DNA of 61,756 nt, the filler included, from Chiloscyllium plagiosum (taxonomy: Eukaryota): NCBI RefSeq assembly GCF_004010195.1. It is 3 parts of one record of this genome, joined end to end, with 100 filler letters (N's around TTAATTAATTAA, not from the genome) between each part and the next. Parts side by side here need not be neighbours in the genome. Positions count along the whole stretch, not along the records: positions 26,388 to 53,376 come from NC_057710.1; 2 more parts are not named here. One strand, written 5' to 3'. Under the pieces are notes generated by a model. The model was not told the origin of the DNA. It searched no databases and saw nothing but the letters and a program-made list of their open reading frames with translations. Made by a program: the position numbers and the translations under genes. Of the stretch, positions 37,091 to 50,349 are shown piece by piece (position 1 is the first letter of the stretch; every line of letters starts with the position of its first letter).

Positions 37091-39254
37091 TATCCTTTGA
37101 GCATTTGGCATAATGTGGATATTGGGAATTTCTTTTAATATTTGACTGACTATTAAGCATCATTTTTGGAGAGTATTTATTGGTCATCTCGGAAGTAAGT
37201 GTTTATGTTGTTCTGTCTTTCAGCTATTGGATTAACAGAGTAATTTGATGAGTTCCATGGATTGAAATGTCCTGCCTTCTGCAGTTAGAAACTGTAATAA
37301 AATAACAGAACATATAGTGTTCACGTTGACGTGTTCAGCTCTCTGTCATTCTATGAGATCATAACTGATGCTATAATCCTAGCTCCACTTTCCTGCCTTT
37401 TCCTTATAACCCTTGATTCCTCTACTGACTAAATATCAATCTATCTCAGCCATGAATAAGACATCTTTGGACTACTAAGCCAGATCACAGAATAATGCTC
37501 TGAAGACATGAGTTCAAATTCCACCATGGATTAAAAACTTGGAATTAAAAGAGATTCTAATGTGACTATTTAACCACTGTTGATTGTCTTCAAAACTTGT
37601 TTGATCCACTCATGTCCAGTAGGGAATGAAATCTGCCTCCTTACCAGATGGATTAGAGTGAGCCAAAGGATCATGGGATCGCAGGTTTAGTTCCCTAATT
37701 ACTTATCTCACGATGTCAATGTCATAGCACCAACAATAGCAATGTGTTGTTCAGGCCTGTCACTGCTGGGGTTGTGCATGAGGGTTCTGATGTTCCAGTG
37801 TTCATGTTGAGTGGGTGGAGGATGTCCGTGTGTCACTTCTGTTAATGTGAGGTGGCCATTACACACCAACAAGCACATGGTCCTGTGGAGTAAGGTCTTT
37901 GCCCAATGGCAGGGTTCTGATGTTCAGATAAGAATGTACAAGAATGTTATGCAGGAGCTATAGGCTGATTCCCTGATGGCTAAGAGTAAAAGGACATCAT
38001 TCAATTTAATGTGTTATGAGAATTATATAAATCAGTGAAAGCAATCAATTAATGAAGTTGCACATTTGTTTCCCCCAAGGAACAACAAATGAGATGATGC
38101 TGCATTAGAACTGAGTGGAGACAAAACAAAAACAAAGTCCAGGATGTAAAGAAGATGAGGCGACTGTGTGCAGTCAGCTACATCTGAGAAGCCTTCAAAG
38201 ATTAATTGAGGACTTTATTTATAGCATCAACTGTCATCCATATTACACATATATCCTGCATAACATTTCAATTTGTTACAGTTCCCCACACTATTCCCCC
38301 CCACACTCCCACCCTGCCCCCCCGTACCACCCACCCACCCACCCACACACACACACCTTTCCTCAGTTGGTTGATAAAGCAACCAACAAGTTGATTTATA
38401 AAGCATCCTTGCCTTGTGGATAACTTTCTCCTAGCTGCACATGAACTGATCGGAAATAATTTAACCAAGCTTTCTTGACTTGCAAGAAGAATTAGCAACT
38501 CAACATATATGCACAGATTAGAAATAAGTAAAGGATAAAAAGATGAAAGTTTAACAAAAAAAGGATAAATGGATCAGTTTGTGAAGTGAATGTGAAGAGC
38601 AGATAGTTGAACATTGTGGACTTTGTAGTTGAGATTACATTGACATTGGAGGCTGAACACTTGATTTCAAGATTCTTCAATTTGTAGTTTGGTTCAGGTT
38701 CTATTGTTCTGATTCCTTTCAACCACGACTCAATTCCAGCATTCAGAGTTAGAGTCAGTCCTGTTGTTGTCTTGTCTCCTTTCATGCGGCTTGCTAGCTA
38801 GCTAGCTAGACTGAGATATTTCCTTTGCCTGCCACACAGGAGGTGAGAAGGGAATAGTCGAAACCCAGCTGGTACACACAGGTACTTAACTTACTGGCGC
38901 ACATGGGAACCTCAGTCCCATTACTACAGTCCAGGGGAGTTGGAATTATCTTTTTAACCCTTGTCCTTCTGTATTTTCCAAAGGCAAAACACAAAATGTG
39001 TCTGAAATTTTGGTCATAATCCATACGGGGTTCCTTCCTGTTTAGCATGAGTTGTCAGCCTCGTATTATCTGTCTTGTCACAAGAGATCACAATCCAATT
39101 GGTTTGGATCTGCCTCCTCCTCCTCCACTTTGAAGGGTTGTTATTTAAAAATAATTACACATTTTTAGGTGAGATATTCTATCTCATGCCACACAGCCTA
39201 CTAATTTATATCCTCAGCCATTTTTGGCTGCAGCAGACGTCTTTATAAAAACAC

Positions 39255-39980
39255 CATCAGGAATGCCAATGCTGGAAACCAGACTCTGCTAAATGAGAGA
39301 GACAGTTTACTTCAGAGGATGAAGTTTGGTCTCGGGACCATGGAAATAGTCCCACATGTGTAAGAGGCATGGTTGATATGAGGTCAGATCCAGTGAACTA
39401 TAAAGTTTGGGCAGATGCTACAGTCCTGAACAAGTGTGTGAACCAAATTATAGCTGAGAACTCGCAAATAGTGCAGAGCAACACCGCAAAGGCTGGGCTC
39501 CCCCTCTCCATCGGGTATTGAAACAACCTCTGAATCTGAGATGGCCACGACGGGTATCAGCACAGCGACATCTTTGTCGCCAGGAGAAAAGACATTCCAG
39601 ATGCAAGAGGTGGGCTATGGTCTGGTGCACATTGTCTGTATCTGAGGCTGACTCCGAGGAACTGGACCACATGCGAAAACATCCCAGGAGAGGCTACATG
39701 ACAAAGAACAGATCTCTATCCCCGGACTTAGAAGGGGACGGATGTAGTAATTGTAATGTGGTCAGCTAGATGGACATCATAGAACATGAGTTCCCCGATT
39801 GGGGCTGTTAATCTGGTCAAATCAGGGAGCCCTGGCTGACAGATAAGAACAGGAGTGTCAGATATCCCGTTCACTCTGAGAACTGGCTCTGATGGAACTG
39901 GATCGGTGTGTGAAGGACTCTCCACAGGTGAGTAAAGGGCGACTTGGTGGTGGGGTACTGGTGTCTGTGGAATTAGTTCA
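39255..39980 (+). mobile_element. Gypsy 3' end: integrase C-terminus, PPT and 3' LTR
   Basis: ERQFTSEDEVWSRDHGNSPTCVRGMV and DPVNYKV remnants; purine tract agaaggggacgga at 39730-39742; LTR TG...CA at 39743-39980. Confidence 0.75.
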
Positions 39981-41449
39981 GTGTCAATGTGTCAAAATGT
40001 GCATTTGTGAATGACTTTGCTTGTCTGAACTGAGTGTGGTCTGCATTATAAAAAGGAAAGCAATAGAAATATATTTTTCTACGTGCATGGATGCTTTTAG
40101 ATATTCAATGAGTTACACGGTTGGTGAAAGGGGGATGGATGGTGGCTGGAAAATGGCATTAAATTGGTGTAGGAATCAGACAGATGTGTAGATGGGCATA
40201 GAGTGGCATGGGGAATGAAAGGTCACAAGGGTTGGGTAAAGGGGCACATGCTGGAGGTATTAATGAGGAGTGAGTACAGGGGAATATTTAGGCTTAGATG
40301 GGACATGGTGAATGAGGGAGTGAGAGGAGGAGGGAAGTTCTGTGTATTCACCATGTGCCCCACTTGTGCTCAACCCACCTCAGGAACTCTGCAGTCTCTT
40401 AGCTGCTTTCATGGTTGCCTGTCCCAACTACAGGCCTCACCCAATGCCAACTTGCCTCAACCCCAAATCAAAAAATTCAAAGAGCAGGAAATCAGTTTTC
40501 AGGGTTGGATCCATGGAGTTTGGATTTCTTAGGGCTCTGTGCCAGCGACCCTAGAATGGAAGTTAAGGCCAGAGGAACACAACTAGCCACAGGATCCCCA
40601 CCAAGCCACACACTACCTTGATGTGGAAATATATTAGAGTTCCCTCACCTTGACAGACCAACATCCCAGAACCCCCTTCCCAACTGCACTGTTGGTGACC
40701 CACACCAGATGAACCGCAACAATTAAAGAAGGCAGTTCAATATCCCAGCAGTGACTGCTCTAACAGATCTTTAATTCACTGTAAAACTAGCACTCTTTCT
40801 TTGAGGATGAATGCAAGTCTTTATGACGCAATTCTAGATGATTTCCAAACTTTTATTTATTGAATGCACTTAGTGCTAAATTGGTGTCTTCTTTCTCTGG
40901 CTCCCCTCTCCTCCTGGTGCAGGTATAGAGAGCCTTCTCTGTATTCTTCACAATCATTCCCTCCACTTTCAGACAATAGGAAACATTGCAGCACAGCAAC
41001 ATTGTGCAGACTATGGTAGAGACTCTTGCTGGACGGTAGTGTAAGGTTCTATCTGATTTATTCAGGTGCCTAAAGTGCACTTCAAATGCTTATTATTGTC
41101 TGCTCCATTAAACATCTTGCAGTTCCAGGGGCTTAATTATTTGTTTTCCCCACACTGTTGGCAGATGCTTTACTGTAGCAATGACCAATTACCTTAACAG
41201 ATATCCCTGATGACTGGTCAACAGTTGTGATTCATTGTTTTGAGTTCTCAAGATCTTGCTCAAGGTTGTCTTGTCAAATGATTAAAGCCTCCTGTGTACT
41301 GGCCATTAACAAGCACCAGAAGTTCACTGGCTTTAGACAGTCCTTCTAAATGTGTATTCAACCTTTTCTATCGGGCCTCTGTGAGGCACTGTGGGCTATT
41401 AACTGCAGCAAAACTGTACTCCAGCACAATCTGCCACCTCATAGCTCTG

Positions 41450-43255
41450 TAAACTCCAAGAGATCAGATCTGAGCTCTGATGTCCTGACGTATCCAGTTC
41501 TGAATGCTGGTGGACAATTAAACAACTCATTAGAGGAGGCGACTCCACAAATATCCCCAGCTTCAGTGATGTAACAGCCCAGAACATCAGTGCAAAAGAT
41601 AAACTGAAGCTTTTGCAAAAATCTCTAGCCAGAAGTGCCGAGTGAACAATCCATCTCAACCTCCTCCAGTGGTCCCACCACCAAAGATGCCAGTCTTCAG
41701 ACAATTTGATTTACTCCACATGATCAAGAAACAATTGGAGATGCTGGATACTGCAAAGGCTATGGGCCCTAGCAACACTTCAGCAATAGTACTGAAGACA
41801 TGTGTTCCAGAACTTGCTGCTCCATTAGCCAAGCTGTTTCTGTACCGTTCCAACACTGGCATCTACCCAACAATATGGAAAATTGTCCAGGTATGTCCTG
41901 TATATAAAATGCAGGACAAATCCAACCCAACCAATTACCACCCCATCAGTCTATTCTTGATCCTCAGTAAAGTGATGAAAGGGATCATCAACAATGCTAT
42001 CAAATAGTACCTGCTCAGTAATAACCTGCACAGTGATGCCCAGTTTGTATTCCACCAGGGCCACTCACCTCCTGACCACATCACAGCCTTTGTTCAAACA
42101 TGGACAAAAGAGCTAAGTTGGTGAAGTGAGAGTTACAGCCCTTGACATCAAGGCTGCATTTGAATGAGTGCCGCATCAAGGAGCCCTAGCAAAACTTGAA
42201 TCAATGGGTATCAGGGGGCAAATTCTCTGCTGATTGGAGTCATTCCTAGTGCATTGGAAGATGGTTGTGCTTGTGGAGGTCAATCATCTCAGCTCCAGGA
42301 TCTCTCTGCAGGAGTTCGTCAGGACAGTGTCCGAGACCCAAATTTCTTCAGCCGTTTCATCAATGACCTTCCCTCCATCATAAGGTCAGAAATGGGGAAG
42401 TTCACTGAAAATTGCACAATGTTCAGCACATTTGTAACTTCTCAGATACTGAAGCAGTCCATGTTCAATTGCAACAAGATCTGGACAATATCCAGGCTTG
42501 GGCACACAAGTGGCAAGTAACATTCACGCCACACAAATATCAAGGTATCACCATCACCAATAAAAGACAATCTAACCACCACCCCTTGACATTCAATGAT
42601 GTTGCCATCACTGAATCCCTCACTATCAACATCCTGAGGGGCATCATTGTCCAGAAGCTCAACTAGACTCACCACACAAACACAGAGGATACAACGGCAG
42701 ATCAGAGGCTAGGAACACTGTGGCAAGTAATTTACCTCCAGACTCCCTAAATTCTGTCCATCATCTATAAGGCACAATTCATGAGTATGAATTGCCTGAT
42801 GAGTGCAGCTCCAACAACACTCAAGTAGTTTGATACCAACCAGGATAAAGCAGCTCGCTTGATTGCCACTACATCCACAAGCATTGACTCCCTCCACCAC
42901 TGATGCTCAGTAGCAGCAGTGTGTACTATCTACAAGATGCACTGCAGAAATTCACTGAAGATCCTCAGTTGGCACCTTCCAAATATGTGACTGCTTTCAT
43001 CTTGAAGGACAAGGGCATCAGATACATGGGAGCATTACCACCTTCTGGTGACTTGGAAGTATATCACCATTCCTTCATTGTTGCTGTGTCAAAATCCAGG
43101 AATTCCCTCCCTACCTGCATTCTGAGCCAACCCACAGCAAGTGGACTGCGTTGGTTCAAGAAGGCAGCTCTTAACCACCTTCTCAAGGGCAACTAGGGAC
43201 AGGCAATAAATGCTGGCCAGCCAGCAACACACACATCCCAGAAATGAATTTTTAA
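41450..43255 (+). mobile_element. LINE family B (CR1/L2-group RT), 5'-truncated
   Basis: KAMGP...VLKTCVPELAAPLAKLF, DKSNPTNYHPISL, ALDIKAAF, FINDLPS; 3' tail gggcaactagggacaggcaataaatgctggcc. Confidence 0.88.
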
Positions 43256-44099
43256 AAATTCTATCCATTTGTTCCTTGAACTGGTGAGGCCCTACAAGTC
43301 TTGAGATTTGGACTGAACTGTTCCAAGGAGGACTCATACTGGATTTGAAACACCTGTTTTGTATTTCTCTACACAGACTTGCTGCATTTCTTCAGCAATT
43401 TCTCTTTTCATTTCAGACTTCCAGCATCAGAAGTATTTTGATTTTTTAAAAAATTAGGACTAGCTGTTGTCCTTGTTTTGCATGTAGAATTGAACAGTGC
43501 TGCCTGTATCCAAAGGTTAAAAATAAACATTTTAAGGTGGGCTGCAGCTTCTGCTGGTATAATGTCAGTCTGCAGTTGATATAATTTTTCAGTAGCTTTG
43601 CGTGGGAAACATAACTTATGACTACACTGAGGCACAACATAATCTGAAACAAGAACTGATATTGTTATTTGTACCTTAAAGTGGGTCTCGTTATGTTTTC
43701 TGTAAATATCACTGGGTGGAAATGGTGCAATGGTGCCTGTGATTCAGTCTCAGGATGGGAAAACCCATTACAAAGTCTAGAAGTGCGCCTGGAAATTGGG
43801 ATCATGTATGTCCTGGAGTCTATTAGATTTTCTTGTGTGATCATATAGTTCTCTTGTGCATGAACAAGTACAATGGTGAATCTTTTGGGCGAGGTAGCAG
43901 GAGGTACTTGCAATGTCCACTGGGAGGACTGTGGAAGACCAGTGGCATGTGAATGATATTGCTCAATATTCGGTTACAAGTGACATCTTTGAAATATAGA
44001 ATCAGACAAATAAAGCAGAACTTGCTGGAAGTTATCAATCAACTGAAGTGCAGGTTGGAGGACTCCAAGGAAGTTCTGTTTTCTGTTGTGGTCATGGCA

Positions 44100-44400
44100 T
44101 GTGAGGCTGCTTTCATGTGAGAAGCTGCAGGGGAAGGATAGCAAGGGGAAATTTTCCTTTGTCAGAGTCACAGAGTGGGTCTCTCCCGACTTGGATAAGA
44201 ACAGTTTTAGTACAGTATCAGAGTGAAAAATTTGTTTGGATGAATTGGATCTGTGAGGAGAAAACACACAAAAGGACTTTAGAAAGGAAGGGAGTTTGGA
44301 GATGGGATGGTAATCTGCAAGAATGATGGGGTCATGTGCTGTTTCTTGGAAGAGGGAGGTGACGATTTCAGATTGAAAAGAGAATGAGACATTATCCAAA
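44100..44400 (-). mobile_element. L2-clade RT remnant
   Basis: DPIILADYHPISKLP resembles the L2 motif DP..L.NYRPISNLP. Confidence 0.55.
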
Positions 44401-44675
44401 GAGAGAGAGAGACCACATCCACTGTTCAAATACTGGTTAACAAAAGGGTCAGAAGAACAAAGTAGTGGAACAAAAACCGAAATTGCTGGAAAATATCAGC
44501 AGGTCTATCAGCATGTGTGGAGAGAATTCAGCGTATATGGTTCAGGTCCAGTGCCCCTTCCTTAGAACAGGATCTGAATGAGAAGGCCTGATGTCATCAT
44601 GGTGAAGAGCAGCCCAGTGGAGAACTTTCAAGAAGACATCTGTGAACCTTGCGGGCCACCCAGTTCTTGCTCTGA

Positions 44676-45003
44676 GGGGGCGGCACGGTGGCACAGTGGT
44701 TAGCACTGCTGCCTCACAGTGCCAGAGACCCGGGTTCAATTCCCGCCTCAGGCAACTGTCTGTGTGGAGTTTGCACATTCTCCCTGTGTCTGCGTGGGTT
44801 TCCTCCGGGTGCTCCGGTTTCCTCCCACAGTCCAAACATGTGCAGGTTAGGTGAATTGGCCATGCTGAATTGCCTGTAGTGTTAGGTGAAGGGGTAAATG
44901 TAGGGGAATGGGTCTGGGTGGGTTGCACTTCGGAGGGTCGGTGTGGACTTGTTGGGCCGAAGGGCCTGTTTCCACACTGTAAGTAAGTAATCTAAGTAAT
45001 CTA
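44676..45003 (+). mobile_element. HE1-type V-SINE, well preserved
   Basis: A box TGGCACAGTGG 44689-44699, B box GGTTCAATTCC 44733-44743, V-core gtgtggagtttgcacattctcc, CR1-like tail gggccgaagggcctgtttcc and (taatc)n end. Confidence 0.92.
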
Positions 45004-45524
45004 TAAAGTGTAAGCTGCTAGTTGTTAGACACGCGTGCATGACTGGGTGCCAGTTCAAAATGGCACTTGGGCCTCCAACCCATTGGCTGATGATAGGTTT
45101 AGCAATTTTCCTCCTGCTGCTTCTACATAATTGGCTGGGGCTGCCTCTGTCACCATGTCCATGGGATGGCTGCTGCATAACTGTGCTTGCCCAGCCATTT
45201 CTGCCATGAGCAGAGGTCCTGCCCACAACTGGGTCCGCACTGGGTCAACTAAATTTCACCCACTGTCTGGAATGCATTCTATGAATTTGCCCATGAATTT
45301 GTCTTGCATTTTTATACTGCCTTTCCTAACCTTAAGATCTCCCAAAGTGTTTTACAGCCAATGAGTTACTTCTGCAGTGGAGTCACTATTGTAATCTGTC
45401 TCAGGTGTAGTGGTTTGCTGTTCATACTTGTCATCTTGGGAGCACGGATTTAGGTTAGGAATTGAAGTAAATAGCACAAGAATGGCTAGCCATATACAGC
45501 CATAAGAGGCCAATGTTTTGTGAA

Positions 45525-45862
45525 TTAGATTGGGTTAGATTCCCTACAGTATGGAAACAGGCCCTTCCGGCCCAACAAGACCACACCAACCCTCCGAAGA
45601 GTAACCCAACCAGGCCTATTCCCCTATGCTGTATTTACCTCTGTCTAAGGCACCTAACACTACGGGCAACTTAGCATGGCCAATTCAGATGTCCTGCACA
45701 TGTTTGGACTGTGGGAGGAAACTGGAGCACATGGAGGTAACCCACGCAGATACAGGGAGAATGTGCAAACTCCACACAGACAGTCGCCCGAAGCTGGAAT
45801 TGAATCCGGGTCCCTGGCGCTGTCAGGCAGCAGTGCTAACCACTGAGTCACTATGCCGCCCC
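45525..45862 (-). mobile_element. HE1-type V-SINE
   Basis: Reverse complement of 44676-45003. Confidence 0.9.
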
Positions 45863-46769
45863 ACTGTGACAGTAAACCATAAAATTTTACACATCACTAT
45901 TTGATCTGAAAGTAAAATGCATGATTGATCTATTTTCATCATTGGGCACTCTGACCAATCATCAGATCAAAATCCGATTAGAGCTATTAAAAATATCTTT
46001 TGTATCAGTTGTGAATCTTCCACAGAAGAGTTTTGAAATGAATTCTTTCCTTAAAGTGATGACTGCATCCATGAACTGAATTCTTTCAACAAGGTTGTCA
46101 GATCCAATTCAGCTTTACCCACATCTATCAATTGTGGGTGGTTAAACATATCGCATTATCTGTCAGCTGTTAGATCATGATAGCTGAAATATAAACAGTT
46201 TGTGATTGGATATTAAAAGTACTTCCTGCCTTTTTAGTTTGGTATTGCTATTTATGTGTCTATGCTACAAGTTTATGATGATTCATATTATTGTCCACTT
46301 ATGTGCACAAGTCTTCAAAATAGTTTCAGTGGAAAAATCCTAGTATTGAAAAGTCCCAATTATGGTCGTAACTTTTGAGTGCAGTAATTAAGGCTGACTG
46401 TATGAGGTTGAGCACACAAGGCTTTTGAACAGGTTTTGATTTCGACTGACAACTTCATACTTTTCCTCAAGCATGGATCTGATAAAGGAATACTGATGTT
46501 TTGGGTGAACAGCCGCAGCTCAACTTACAGCCCTAAAATATCTTCATCTCATCATTAATCACATTGCTATTCAAGGAATCTGGCTTTGCACAAATTAGTT
46601 GCCAAGTTTGTTTATAAAACAAATACACTTCAAAAATGGTTAAGTGGCTGTGTAGCACATTGGGAAAACTTTCGGTGTAAAAGGAACAATATAAATGAAT
46701 GTTATTTCATTTTCTGTCTCTTAGCTTATCCAGAAAAAAATGTTTTGAGAAATGTTTGGTGACACCCAT

Positions 46770-47383
46770 CTATGTGTGCATGATGCTGACCGAAAGCCGA
46801 CTTGAATATTTCACACCATATTCTTTACCCTTCAAGAAATAACAATCATTGGCCTATGTTATTTAAAACAAAATCTGTGCAGGGAAATATTTTACACAAA
46901 AAGAGAAATTGCCAGATAAACTCAGCAGGTCTGACAGCATCTGTGAAGAGAAAGCAAATTTAACATTCAGGTCCGGCGACCCTTCTTCAGAACTGACTGT
47001 AGCTAGGAAAAGGTTGGTACATATGCTGAAGACTGAGTTGGGGGTAGAGGGAAGGAGTAAACCAAAGGAAGAGATGTAGCCCAGAGAGAGAGAACTGCAG
47101 CTGGACAGCGAAAGAGATGGATTTTGGTGAGACATGGAGAAAGAAAAGCTGTCAATAGGGACAATTAGAGAGTGAAAGTGGGTTGGCTGTGGTGAATGTG
47201 AAGAAATATTGGAATGGAAATCCTTTTGGAGAGAGGGCAGACTGGGGCATAACTGGCAAAATTTCTTTTCTTATTTTAATTAGTAGGACTGCACATGGGG
47301 CTTGTTTAGAAGTGTGAATACTTATACGCTCACATTTCAAGTTGTGTGTTATTTGATGCAATTTGCATCTTTGCCATTATTTT
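46770..47383 (+). mobile_element. LTR fragment related to 48410-48650, interrupted by a Penelope remnant (about 46894-47200)
   Basis: Shared cttcaagaaataacaatcatt and colinear flanks. Confidence 0.6.
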
Positions 47384-47735
47384 GGGAGATGATGGCCTAG
47401 TGGTATTATTGCTAGACTGTTAATCTGGAGACCCAGGCAATGTTCTGGGGACCCAGCTTTGAATTCGGCCATGGCATATCATAGAATTTGACTTCAATTA
47501 AACAAAAATCTGGCATTAAGAGTATAATGATGACCATGAATCCATTGTCAATCATGAGAAAAACCCATGTGCCTCACTAATGTCCTTTAGGGAAGGAAAC
47601 TGCCAGCCTTACCTGGTCTGATCTACATGTGACTCCAGACCCACAGCACTGTGGTGACTCTTAACTGCCCTCTGGCTAATTAGGGATGGGCAATAAATGC
47701 TGGCCTAGCCAGCTAATCCACATCCTGTGAATGTA
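47384..47735 (+). mobile_element. tRNA-derived SINE (family B), near full length
   Basis: tggcctagtgg head; tail aattagggatgggcaataaatgctggcctagccagc. Confidence 0.82.
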
Positions 47736-48010
47736 TAAATTTTAAAAGATCTTTTATTCTTACTCTGTCAATTTTCCTTCACAACTGCCTCTCTCTCTGT
47801 CTCTGATTTTCTATCCTGTTTCCCCATCTATATTTCTTTCTATGTTTCTCCTTTTTGCAGTTCTCTATTTAATCTTCTTTACGCTTTCACTTGTCTTCCC
47901 ATCTTGCCATAGAGACACCCACATTTTTCTGTTATCTTCTCTCTCATTCTACCATTAGAGTTAACAACTGGCCTCATTATGAATACTTGGCTTAACTTTT
48001 CTGTGCATTT

Positions 48011-50200
48011 TGTTAGGAAGAGAATTCTTGTTTGAAGAATTATGGACGGTGGTTCATTTGGAATGCCGGAGAGATATCTGGACTTTATTTTTAACAAGGG
48101 ATCACAAGAAGAACATTGGCATACTTTTTAGTTAAGGATAATTTAAGTCACATGGCTGGAGCTAATTGCTTGGGCTGGAAATCAAATGTCTTGTTTATGG
48201 ATTTGTTTTGGATGCTGTTTGAAGTTCAGATGGGGTACAGCCTGCTGACAGAATGGCTCCTCATTTGTCCTGTGCCTTCTGAGGAAAACCTTTTGGAAAG
48301 TCCAGTTGGGACCTGAAAAACTGATGCAGCATTTTCCAGCAAAGATGCTGAATTCTCTACTTTTTCTTGACAAACTGAATCTGCAACAGTCCCAGTGTTT
48401 AGTGGCACTCATCAATGTGCACCATGATCCTGACTGAAAGCCATCTTGAACATTTCATAACATACTTTTTACTTCAAGAAATAACAATCATTAGCCAAAG
48501 TGTTGTTTTTTAAATCAGTGCAGAAAAAGTTCTTCTATTTTAATTGACATCTGTGCACATGTAGGGTCATTTGGAAGTGGGAGTATTTTTATGTTCATAT
48601 TTTAAATTGTGTGTTAATTGATGTGATTTGTAATTTTTCCAAATAGTTTTGGTTTTCAGAATAAATAATTTTGTTGTTTATTAAGGTAACTTGTTCAACT
48701 TTTGTTTTTAGTTTTAAACTTAATGTAGAAAATGTTGATAAATGGCCATACCAGGAGTTGTGTAGAAAATTTAAATTCATTTATGACCAGTGAGGTGATG
48801 GGATGAGAGTATGATAAAACATGCTGAAACCTCAGTCAGAACATAAGACGATGGTCTTACAAGATAAGCCAAAGTTGGAAACATGTATTTGGAAATCGGA
48901 TAATAATAATTGCACTGCTTAAGAAGGAAGATGTCTGGTTTCTTGTGCAGTATAATAAGGTTTTTTACGACTGAAGTGGTGACTTTTGATGCAAATAAGT
49001 TTGTGTATCAGTCTGAGATAGATTATGTCTTTTTAAAGGAATTTAACATCACACAACTTTGTGAGTGTGGTGCAACATTTGAAGTTAGACATCAGACGAA
49101 AAGCTAAGAAACCTGAAATTGAAAAAGCAGTGACTGAAAAGTTGAAGATTAAAGTGAGAGAGACAGAGGAACATGTCAAATTAGAAGAGGGTAAGCTTAC
49201 ATGGGCGCTGATTTAGTTGAACAAAATGAGTTAGAGCTAGAAAAGTACTTCTTTCAGTACTTCTTTCTGCACTTTGCAGAATGGAAAATTAAAAAGAAAA
49301 GATATGTAAGAAGTGCATCTTGAATTACAAAGGGAAGAAAAGAACAGAGGCAGGAGAGAGAAAAGGGTTAATTAACTTAAAATGCTGGAACCATAAAACA
49401 ATGCACTTGACTCCATTGGAAATTTGAATGAGGAAAGATCTGACACCAACCCAGAATCTAGTTGATCCCAGTCATGCAAGCCCTCCGAGAGTCTGATAAA
49501 AGGGACCTAGGGGCATTTCTTTTCAAAAAAATTCTTTTGTAAAGGTAGCTAACCAGTTGAGGTAGCCAAAATTAGGCACTGCTTATCATTGCAGCTGATT
49601 TGGCAGAATCCATGAAGTTTACGCCATACCATCTCAGGAGATAATGGCATGGCTAAAGTCTATTCTCGGAGCTTATGAATTGGTTCCTGAAGCTTACAGG
49701 TAAATGTTTTCGAGCTTTCAGAAATAGCTTGGGCAGATCTACATAAAGTTTAAGATGGTTAAGAAAATGAACTTTGATCATTAGATGCAGAGACTAAAAG
49801 TAGAGGCCACACTTGGGACATTTAGGGAAATAACTATTTTGAAAAAATGCAAACATTTACTCCTTTCGTTAATAAAAACCCACAGAGAAATGGAAAGGTT
49901 CAATAAACAAGGGAAAACTGAGGTGGCAAATTATTTTGAACTTGATCACAAATCCTTCTGCTGTCACTTCACTCTCCCCCTACTAACCCAGAGAAGAGGA
50001 ACAGGTGGTGAGTAAAAGGAAGGCATGTAGAAGGGAGAGCTGGGAATACCCCAATATGACCTTCTTAGAGCAAAAAGAAATGTACTGAGGGTAGAAGCGG
50101 TGTCCAAAAGCCTAAGCATTTTCATTACCCTAACGTGGGACATCTTCGTGCAGATTTCTGGAAGTTATGAGCTAAACCAATACATTTTAGAGGGGTATAA
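48011..50200 (+). mobile_element. Gmr1-like Gypsy remnant: LTR (about 48011-48848) and SCAN-type gag
   Basis: ILGAYELVPEAYR (AYELVPEAYR at 49671-49700), KVANQL, GQIYIKF and a decayed zinc knuckle FHYPNVGHLRADFWKL. Confidence 0.78.
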
Positions 50201-50349
50201 AGCGAAAGCAGAGAAGGGAGCCATGATCAATAGGTGACAACCCAAATTGTTACTCTGACTGCAACCTTGAGGATAGGTACAATGACCGTACTGAGGACAG
50301 GGGAGGTGAACAAGCTGCTGAGACTTCCACTTAATGCATGATATGTAGA

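Noticed and set aside
39235..39359. Apparent plus-strand exon RRLYKNTIRN...
   Set aside because: Overlaps a Gypsy integrase remnant read in another frame
40923..41040. Plus-strand acceptors with short open frames
   Set aside because: Several alternative weak donors and no recognisable peptide; cannot be supported without RNA data
44676..44750. tRNA-like sequence with A and B boxes
   Set aside because: It is the head of an HE1 SINE, continuous with the V-core and LINE-derived tail
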